Shown here: one piece after another, positions 6,856 to 14,202 of the stretch | Numbering within the stretch: the first letter of the stretch is position 1 | Layout: each line of letters starts with the position of its first letter | Source: an uncultured virus (IMG/VR IMGVR_UViG_3300049255_000219) | Lineage: Duplodnaviria; Heunggongvirae; Uroviricota; Caudoviricetes | Virus record (IMG/VR): IMGVR_UViG_3300049255_000219 | DNA: 20,000 nucleotides | Strand: one strand, 5' to 3' | Translations under genes and position numbers: made by a program | The notes under the pieces: generated by a model | Seen by the model: the letters and a program-made list of their open reading frames with translations, nothing else | The model's database searches: none | What the model was told of the DNA's origin: nothing

Positions 6856-8754
6856 ATGAAGTACCTGAGCGTCTGCAGCGGCATCGAAGCCGCTACCGTC
6901 GCCTGGCATCCGCTTGGGTGGGAGCCGGTCGCCTTTTGCGAGATCGAGTCCTTCCCTTCCGCCGTGCTGGCGCATCACTACCCGGACGTGCCGAACCTGG
7001 GCGACATGACCGGGGTCGCCGCATTGGTACGATCCGGCACTGTAGAAGCGCCGGACGTGCTGGTCGGCGGCACGCCCTGCCAGGCTTTTTCTTTTGCCGG
7101 ACTGCGGCAGTCGCTGGACGACGCACGCGGCCAGCTAACTCTCTCATTTGTGGATCTTGCCAATGCCATCGACGCAATGCGAACTGTTCCCGCCATCATC
7201 GTCTGGGAAAACGTGCCTGGCGTCCTCACAACAAAGGATAATGCCTTCGGCTGCTTTCTGGGAGCGCTCGCAGGGGAAGACGATCCGCTGCTCCCGCCAG
7301 GGAAGAAAAACGGTGGATTCGAGCGCTGGCCGAACGCTGGTTGTGTATATGGCCCCCGCCGAACAATCGCGTGGCGGGTGCTCGATGCCCAATATGTCGG
7401 AGTGGCCCAACGACGCCGCCGTGTGTTCGTTGTCGCAAGTGCTCGAGACGGGTTCGATGCCGCAGCGGTACTTTTTGAGTTCAACGGCGTGCGCCGGGAT
7501 ACTGCGCCGCGCCGCGAATCGAGGCAAGAAATTACCGGCACTCTTGGAGCACGCACTTCAAGTGGTGGCGGGTTCGGCACCGACTTTGAATGCGCTGGAG
7601 GAATCCAGCCTGTAGCATGTGGCGTGACTGGCGATGTTGCCCACACGCTGCGCGCCGAGGGATTCGACGCCAGCGAGGATGGCACGGGACGCGGCACCCC
7701 CATCATTTGCATGGCACACGGTCAGGGTGGTGCGGAAATACGCCATGACTCTTGCCCAACGCTGACCTGCAACCATGAAGCGCCGATCGCCGCGTATGCA
7801 ATTCAGGCCGGTGCATTGCGGACCAATCCGCAAAGTGGACCCGATGGGATCGGCGTTCAGCCCGATATTGCGTACACGATCGAAGCGCGCGCCGAAGTGC
7901 AGGCAGTTGCCGCGTATGCGTTTCAACCACGAATCGGGCGCAACGGGCGCGGCGACATGGGCGATCTGGTCAATTGTCTGAGCGCACGATCGGGCGAATC
8001 AGGAAAAGGGGATGCTGCACCATGCGTGGCGATTGTCCGCGACACTCCTCAGATCTCGATCAGGAGCGATCAAGGGGTTGTTGCGTTTTCCTGCAAGGAT
8101 TACGGCGCGGACGCCGCCGCCGAATTATCGCCAACCTTGCGCGCCATGGGGCATGTTGCCAGCCACGCCAACGCTGGCGGACAGGTGGCGGTGGCCATCG
8201 CCCTGCAAGACACAACCGGCCGCGACAAGGCCCAGAATGGCAAGGGGTGGAGCGATGATGGTGCCAGCTACACACTGGACGCGGCGTCAACGCAAGGGCT
8301 GGCTTATGCATTTGCTCAAAATACGCGCGATGAAGTCAGAATGATGGGTGGCGATGGCCAGATTGTCGGTGCGCTGGCCGCGCAGCCCGGGATGAAACAG
8401 ACGTGCTATGTGGCGCAATGGGTTGCTTTCGAGCCGCGCTACTACACGCGGGACAACAAAACGAGCGGAACACCGAGCAACACGATGACGCTGATGCGAG
8501 ATTGCAAGGCTGGAGACAGCACGCCGCATGTCGCAACCGGCATGCAAGTGCGTCGCCTGACACCCATGGAGTGCGAGCGCTTGCAGGGTTTTCCGGACAA
8601 CTATACCTTGATACCTGTGCGCGGCAAGCCCGCTGCTGATGGTCCGCGCTACAAGGCGTGTGGCAACTCCATGGCAGTGCCGGTTATGCGCTGGCTCGGG
8701 AGTCGAATTCATATGTCTCTAGACGCCGCATCAATACAACCGGGGACGACTTAA
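6856..8754 (+). CDS. Phage DNA (cytosine-5)-methyltransferase with extended variable region
   Basis: Motif I SVCSGIEA, IV GGTPCQ, VI WENVPG, VIII QRRRRVF, IX RRLTPMECERLQGFP, X GNSMAV. Confidence 0.95.
   Translation: MKYLSVCSGIEAATVAWHPLGWEPVAFCEIESFPSAVLAHHYPDVPNLGDMTGVAALVRSGTVEAPDVLVGGTPCQAFSFAGLRQSLDDARGQLTLSFVDLANAIDAMRTVPAIIVWENVPGVLTTKDNAFGCFLGALAGEDDPLLPPGKKNGGFERWPNAGCVYGPRRTIAWRVLDAQYVGVAQRRRRVFVVASARDGFDAAAVLFEFNGVRRDTAPRRESRQEITGTLGARTSSGGGFGTDFECAGGIQPVACGVTGDVAHTLRAEGFDASEDGTGRGTPIICMAHGQGGAEIRHDSCPTLTCNHEAPIAAYAIQAGALRTNPQSGPDGIGVQPDIAYTIEARAEVQAVAAYAFQPRIGRNGRGDMGDLVNCLSARSGESGKGDAAPCVAIVRDTPQISIRSDQGVVAFSCKDYGADAAAELSPTLRAMGHVASHANAGGQVAVAIALQDTTGRDKAQNGKGWSDDGASYTLDAASTQGLAYAFAQNTRDEVRMMGGDGQIVGALAAQPGMKQTCYVAQWVAFEPRYYTRDNKTSGTPSNTMTLMRDCKAGDSTPHVATGMQVRRLTPMECERLQGFPDNYTLIPVRGKPAADGPRYKACGNSMAVPVMRWLGSRIHMSLDAASIQPGTT
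7163..7615 (+). CDS. Nested alternative-frame protein inside the C5 MTase (M.EcoHK31I beta-subunit-like)
   Basis: About 150-aa stop-free +1 frame (TTG 7148 or ATG 7163) containing CSLSQVLE...PQRYFLS...GILRRA..RGKKLP..L..AL. From memory this resembles the alternative-frame beta polypeptide of M.EcoHK31I. Host-frame codon usage looks less GC3-biased here. Confidence 0.7.
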   Translation: MPSTQCELFPPSSSGKTCLASSQQRIMPSAAFWERSQGKTIRCSRQGRKTVDSSAGRTLVVYMAPAEQSRGGCSMPNMSEWPNDAAVCSLSQVLETGSMPQRYFLSSTACAGILRRAANRGKKLPALLEHALQVVAGSAPTLNALEESSL

Positions 8755-8962
8755 GCATTTACGACCAGTTTTTTGAATTTTCTGCGTTGATTTGTGAAAT
8801 TCTTCCTCATGGATTGGGGGCGCTGCTCTGTGCAAGCAACACATGGTGCCGCTTGAAGTACATTGTCGAAATTCACGAATGTCGCAATTTCAGGATATCT
8901 GAGATAATTGCTTCATATCACGATTTCCTCGATCAACGGCAATTCAAAATCCTCATACCTAC

Positions 8963-10786
8963 ATGGCGCTTACTTTAGATGAAATCCGTCGAATGATGAA
9001 CGGATTTAAAATTGCTGGATTCGATTGCAAAGAACAACCAGGATCGCCCACCAACCCGATTCGAATCGAATGGGATGATGCACATCAAGGTATCAGGAAA
9101 TATCGCCTTTGGGTTTACGAGGTGACTCACGGTGGAGGTGGCCCAACCGTTCGTGCTGCAGATGAATTCCGAATTCAGATCACCAATACACCATCGGCTG
9201 CCGTCGGATTGGACTACGATGGAGCAACAGATCTTTTGATGGGTTATTCACCTTCGCAAAATGTTGTCGTTGCTTATGATCGACGATGGCTAGAGAAGCG
9301 GATGGAAAAAGGAGAAGGCTCGCCGTCAGTCCAGGTAAAAACTGGCGACATTGAGGCGGCTCACAAGGAGGGAATGCATTACCTCAAGAAGATATCAACA
9401 AGCTTTGGCGAAGCCGGAATTGTGACCTTGACTCCAGAATATCTGCCTACTTATTTGCGCGACCACGATGCGTTCTTGAAAGGAAAAATGGATACGAAGA
9501 AAAATGGCGTTTTAGCAAAAATTGATAATCCCTCGCTTTGGCAGTATTGCGTAGATCAAGGCTTTTTTTTCGAACCCGACATCCTGGCACGATATGTCGC
9601 ATCGATCATCACTAAACCCTTTGTTATCTTAGCAGGTGTCAGCGGCACCGGAAAATCTAAGATTGCGGAGCTAGTTGCCGAATTTTACTCTCGCGTTGAC
9701 TCCGCCAACGCGCCGGACACCAGTACTCCTACAGCACCACTTTCGGGCAGTAAATTCTTGTTTGTTGAGTCAGCTGCTAAAGGAGCGGTGGATCGTTCCA
9801 GATTTGCTCTGGTTCCCGTTCGTCCTGATTGGATCGATAACCAATCCATTTTGGGCTTCGTCAATCCTTTGACTGGACGTTATGAATCGACGCAGGCTTT
9901 TGATTTGATGCTTCGCGCCGATCACGCGCTTAAGATCGTAGATCATGGCCTAGATGCGCCTCGGTATTTCATGTTGCTTGATGAAATGAACCTGGCGCGG
10001 GTTGAACACTATTTCAGTGATTGGCTGGCATGCTCAGAAAGCCGCCGATATGGGAGTAATGCCAAGATAACCCAGCAACCAGTTTCGCTTCACAGGCACG
10101 AGTCAGCCAAGACAAGCTTAATTGATGTGGATGGAACGGCCATCGACGTCGATGTACCCAACACCTTGGGTATTCCGACCAACCTAGTTGTGACTGGCAC
10201 GGTCAATGTCGATGAAACAACATTTTCGTTTAGCCCCAAGGTCTTGGACAGATCAATGGTTATTGAGTTTAATGATGTCGATCTAGATATGCTCCGAGAT
10301 GGAATGGGAACTCATGAGAATTCCAACTATCGCTTTCCCACCACCTTGCCGCCGTTTGAACTGCCAACCGTAGCATCATTTACCGCGCTGCCGCAGGCAA
10401 CTCACAATCATCTTGTTGCAGTTAACAAAATTTTGGCTGAAGCACAACTTCATTTCGGCTATCGTTCTGCCGCGGAAATGTCGGTGTTCATACGCGTCTA
10501 CAACAACATTCTTCCGGACGACGCAACCGACGTAGACTTAATACGCGCTCTTGATGGGGCCATTTTGCAAAAAGTATTACCTCGAGTCCAAGGCAATCGT
10601 GCCAGAATCGAAAATGCGCTCTGCGTCTTGATCTATTTCCTACATGAACTGGAACCTCCTCCGCAGCCGTTCGATCTCGACACTACCAGTTTTAACACAC
10701 CTCCGAAGCTAAAACAATCCTACGCCAGAGCGAAGGAAATGTTGGGCCGCCTCCGCGATTTTGGTTTCGTGACGTTCTTCAAGTGA
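8963..10786 (+). CDS. mcrB: McrB-family AAA+ GTPase (NxD type) with N-terminal putative DNA-recognition domain
   Basis: Walker A GVSGTGKS, VRPDW.D...LG, Walker B LLDEMNLARVEHYFSD, signature GTVNVDETT...SPKVLDR, FGYR, QKVLPR. About 175-aa N-terminal domain with THGGG..R..DEFRIQI. No obvious SD, so the start is uncertain. Confidence 0.9.
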   Translation: MALTLDEIRRMMNGFKIAGFDCKEQPGSPTNPIRIEWDDAHQGIRKYRLWVYEVTHGGGGPTVRAADEFRIQITNTPSAAVGLDYDGATDLLMGYSPSQNVVVAYDRRWLEKRMEKGEGSPSVQVKTGDIEAAHKEGMHYLKKISTSFGEAGIVTLTPEYLPTYLRDHDAFLKGKMDTKKNGVLAKIDNPSLWQYCVDQGFFFEPDILARYVASIITKPFVILAGVSGTGKSKIAELVAEFYSRVDSANAPDTSTPTAPLSGSKFLFVESAAKGAVDRSRFALVPVRPDWIDNQSILGFVNPLTGRYESTQAFDLMLRADHALKIVDHGLDAPRYFMLLDEMNLARVEHYFSDWLACSESRRYGSNAKITQQPVSLHRHESAKTSLIDVDGTAIDVDVPNTLGIPTNLVVTGTVNVDETTFSFSPKVLDRSMVIEFNDVDLDMLRDGMGTHENSNYRFPTTLPPFELPTVASFTALPQATHNHLVAVNKILAEAQLHFGYRSAAEMSVFIRVYNNILPDDATDVDLIRALDGAILQKVLPRVQGNRARIENALCVLIYFLHELEPPPQPFDLDTTSFNTPPKLKQSYARAKEMLGRLRDFGFVTFFK

Positions 10787-12405
10787 AATCTATCGCTTTC
10801 GCGTACTGCGCCCGGAGGTGTGACGCACCGACAAAAGTGTTCGTTGGCGATGTTATCTCATTGCTAGAAAATGTGGAGTACGTCATCGAGTTTACGACTG
10901 CTCCACGTGCGGCGGACCTAGCAAGAATGACGGAGGTCGGCTACGATACGATAACGGCAACCACTGGCATTCTTTGCTTTCGCAATTTCGTTGGTACGGC
11001 CAACATGGCTGGTGTAACGCTGCAGGTCATATCCACCAAACTTGGCGTAGACGGCGTTTCTCGCCTACTGGAGGACGTTTCTCAATTGTCCGCGAGCCTC
11101 GTATTCGGCTGGCGCACCCCAACCGGGCACCGCGCCGTCGCATCACAATCATCCAAGGCCCCAATACCTTATCATCAGTTGCAGTTCTTGCGACAAGTCA
11201 TCCTACGAAACGCGGTAGGTCTGCGTATGCAAGACTATCTGCATACAGTTGAACTTAATCCCACTCGTCGCTTTGTTGTCGAGCGGCCTTTAGTAGGAAT
11301 AGAGCGTGCCCGTAGGTTGGATGCCAGATCGATACGCGAAATATTCACCCGGACTGAGCGCCTTGCTGCTTTGCCAGCAGAATCCTCCCTGAATTCAAAC
11401 GCAATTGCCAAGACGCTGGCGTTTGGCGACCCGGTGCACTGCCACTTTCCCGTGTTGGTATCGGAAGCGGCTCGTAAATTCTCAAATGACACCGTGGAAA
11501 ACAGGTTCATTAAGCATTTCATTAAACAGTGCCTGGCAATTGTGTATAAGCTACTCGACAACCAAGCGATACATCCTCAGATGCGGGCGGACTGCCGTAC
11601 AATGGCAACCACGCTGGAGATGTCTATAAATGCGCGATATCTTGCGGAAGTAAAGTCACTGTCTGCACTCTCTAGCCCGACGCAGGTGATGCTCAAGAGT
11701 GAAGGCTACAAGGAGCTTTGGCAGCTATGGAATGAATTTGGCGCATACATGTCCCTGCCGACGGATGAGGGTGACGTCCAGCACCTTCTTCAAGGACGAG
11801 ACGTCGCGCAGCTTTACGAATATTGGGTGTTCCTGAAAGTCTTGCAGGCCACCCTGGTAGCTTTGGATAGTAAAAATAAGGCCAACATCACAGTTACGAT
11901 GAGTGACTTAGGCGCCAGCATGGATCGCGGACTTTCCATCAAAGTGAACAATGATATCGGCATTAGTTTCAATCCGTCATTTACGCGGTCACGTGGGACC
12001 GCATATTCGACACCGTTGCGACCCGATGTTGTCCTGAAGCTCGGTGAGAAATTATTTGTTTTTGACGCGAAATATCGGCTGACGTGGAAAAATTTCACCG
12101 AAGATGCGGATGACGACAAAGCTACATTCCTTCGTGCCGATCTGTACAAAATGCATACGTATCGCGATGCCATACATAAGGTTGCGGCGGCATTCGTGGT
12201 TTATCCGGGCTCGGAATTTGGATTTTATGAGCGCAACGGTATGGCGAGTCACGATGTAAATGATATTACTAAATTCAATGGAGTTGGCGCTGTACCCATG
12301 AGGCCGGACGCAGACGATCCGCCTGTCGTCCTTTCTTTGCTTATCCAGCGCCTGATTAACGATATCCCGTCCAATGTCACATCACCGGATTTAGCTGCTT
12401 TCTAG
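10783..12405 (+). CDS. mcrC: McrC-family DUF2357 / PD-(D/E)XK nuclease
   Basis: GTGA overlap with McrB. Motifs DTVENRFIK, LYEYWVF, LRPD...FDAKYR and DLYKMHTYRDAI. Confidence 0.88.
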   Translation: MKSIAFAYCARRCDAPTKVFVGDVISLLENVEYVIEFTTAPRAADLARMTEVGYDTITATTGILCFRNFVGTANMAGVTLQVISTKLGVDGVSRLLEDVSQLSASLVFGWRTPTGHRAVASQSSKAPIPYHQLQFLRQVILRNAVGLRMQDYLHTVELNPTRRFVVERPLVGIERARRLDARSIREIFTRTERLAALPAESSLNSNAIAKTLAFGDPVHCHFPVLVSEAARKFSNDTVENRFIKHFIKQCLAIVYKLLDNQAIHPQMRADCRTMATTLEMSINARYLAEVKSLSALSSPTQVMLKSEGYKELWQLWNEFGAYMSLPTDEGDVQHLLQGRDVAQLYEYWVFLKVLQATLVALDSKNKANITVTMSDLGASMDRGLSIKVNNDIGISFNPSFTRSRGTAYSTPLRPDVVLKLGEKLFVFDAKYRLTWKNFTEDADDDKATFLRADLYKMHTYRDAIHKVAAAFVVYPGSEFGFYERNGMASHDVNDITKFNGVGAVPMRPDADDPPVVLSLLIQRLINDIPSNVTSPDLAAF

Positions 12406-14202
12406 AATCTTGCGCACATCGGAAAAATCAAAAAATACGTTATCGCCAGATGATACAAGCCGCCGTACAACCTCCGCGTGTATGCCCTGAACACCGCGTT
12501 TCTTGATATTAGGGTTTTTTGATGCAGCACGCACTAGATCAATGAGGGCCGCACCAGATTCTTTCTTACTTGCGATCTTTGTCGATTTTGAGAGAGCGTG
12601 GACAGGCTTGCGAAGATTCATCACAACATCAAAATGGGCAACATTTTCCTCGCCACTTCGTCCTTTGTAGCCCTTATGGCTTTGCTGTTTCCGGTCTAGA
12701 GACGAAGCTTCATGAAATTCAAAACCAGCGCTGATTGCCGCATTATGGAGCGCCGTCCAAACTTCTCCATCCGTGTTATGGAAGACAATTGTCGCCCAAC
12801 CTCCAGGCTTGAGAACTCGGACAATTTGCTGTAACGACAATGTCATTAGGTGTTCATAGGTCGCCAAGGTTTTCCCACCGGCCGCGACATCAAGAGAACT
12901 GTTCACCACCGCCTCATTAGTAGGATCAGTAATCCTGCCTAGCCATGATTCCCAGATCAGGTTGCAGTCTGCGTAAAACAGATTTGAGCCGAAAGGCGGA
13001 TCTGTAAAGACGTAATCAATGCTCTCATTGGCCAGTTCCGTTAGTGCCGTGGCGCTGCCATTGATTATGGACGGCGCTTGTTTCGATTTGGGAATGAATG
13101 CCAGATAGTAACGCTTCAATTGTGCAATTTTATTGCGCATAACTTCTAGAACATTTACCTCCGACGACAGCTGAGGTATATACAAAGTTCCAGTCAGCGG
13201 GCGCTGGCCACCGCGCGCGTTAAAGCGCCTCATGCGTGTTCCATGCCACGAAGTATTGGTAAACGCAAACATTAGCGCAGCGCGTAGTCGTTGATCCTTC
13301 ATCTCTTCAATTGCGGACCAAATGACAGCCAATGCCTTCAAATTCCTTGCAGTGTAGAAGTCCACGACCTCGTTAATTCCTTTAAGATGTAATGCGCATC
13401 TGATATACATCTCCCGATCTGGACCCAGTGGAACCGAAGGATACCAGTTGGCAATATCGGCACGAGTGAATGACAGGGCCTTCTTAATATCTTTCTTGTC
13501 GGCAGCTTTTTCTAGTCGGGTTCCACTCTTCGACTTGTACGAGATCCAGACAGGTATAGAGTCAATCGTCGTCAGATTTTTTCGCTTCAGAATCGCCCCG
13601 CAACAAGGGCAGGCTATCGTGGTTCCCATGCGGCCGCTTTCGCGATCTACTGCATCCCACAAAGCGAATTTCTTCTTGCAGTCCAGGCATTTATGCCGTG
13701 TGCTCCACATCGTCCAGTGTATTAGGCCCTGATTACCATCCGTATCAGTGGTCGAATAAAGATCGCTAATGATGCCGCCTACTTTTTTCTCGATTTCCTT
13801 GAACGCATTTCCGAGTTTTTCAGGATCGCATGGATTAGTGTGATTCCAAGCCAAATGTGCAGCAGCCGGCGATAGATCGTTCAGTATTGCATTCCTGCCC
13901 GTCATGGACGCAGCAACACCTGTCATGCCAGATCCGCAAAATAAATCAAGAACCAAGTCGCCTGGCCGAGTAAAGTGCTCGATAAACGGTACGATCGCCT
14001 CAGGAGGTACTTTGGTGTGATAACTATGCGCTGTGTACAGTGCGCTATTGCGGGTGCCTGGAATCGAGATGTCTGCAGGTGCGGCAGATGGCGTCGGGCG
14101 AAGCGATGCTGTCGGAAAATCATTGCCATCGGCTATGTATTCCAAAACTATGTCGCGCCCAGTTTTAGCGTGGGGTTTCATGATAGCGGGTATTATTTTC
14201 AA
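12391..14202 (-). CDS. Amino (N6-A/N4-C) DNA methyltransferase M2 with Zn finger
   Basis: AHSYHTKVPP, motif I VLDLFCGSGMTG, CLDC...CPCC, motif IV DYVFTDPPF, VLKPGG. The TTG start overlaps the upstream stop (TTGA); alternative ATG at 14181. Confidence 0.9.
   Translation of the reverse strand: MKIIPAIMKPHAKTGRDIVLEYIADGNDFPTASLRPTPSAAPADISIPGTRNSALYTAHSYHTKVPPEAIVPFIEHFTRPGDLVLDLFCGSGMTGVAASMTGRNAILNDLSPAAAHLAWNHTNPCDPEKLGNAFKEIEKKVGGIISDLYSTTDTDGNQGLIHWTMWSTRHKCLDCKKKFALWDAVDRESGRMGTTIACPCCGAILKRKNLTTIDSIPVWISYKSKSGTRLEKAADKKDIKKALSFTRADIANWYPSVPLGPDREMYIRCALHLKGINEVVDFYTARNLKALAVIWSAIEEMKDQRLRAALMFAFTNTSWHGTRMRRFNARGGQRPLTGTLYIPQLSSEVNVLEVMRNKIAQLKRYYLAFIPKSKQAPSIINGSATALTELANESIDYVFTDPPFGSNLFYADCNLIWESWLGRITDPTNEAVVNSSLDVAAGGKTLATYEHLMTLSLQQIVRVLKPGGWATIVFHNTDGEVWTALHNAAISAGFEFHEASSLDRKQQSHKGYKGRSGEENVAHFDVVMNLRKPVHALSKSTKIASKKESGAALIDLVRAASKNPNIKKRGVQGIHAEVVRRLVSSGDNVFFDFSDVRKILESS

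Larger units (their letters stand above)
1..8754 (+). mobile_element. Prophage late region (tail, lysis, methylase)
   Basis: Co-oriented, tightly packed tail-like, endolysin, holin-like and phage-type MTase genes. Confidence 0.8.

Noticed and set aside
8658..8978. 106-aa ORF bridging MTase and mcrB
   Set aside because: Overlaps both neighbours out of frame, spans the composition junction and has no motif or RBS.
8963..12405. CoCoNuT system
   Set aside because: McrB has the NxD motif, but there is no long coiled-coil protein, SF1 helicase or extra nuclease, and the partners are MTases.
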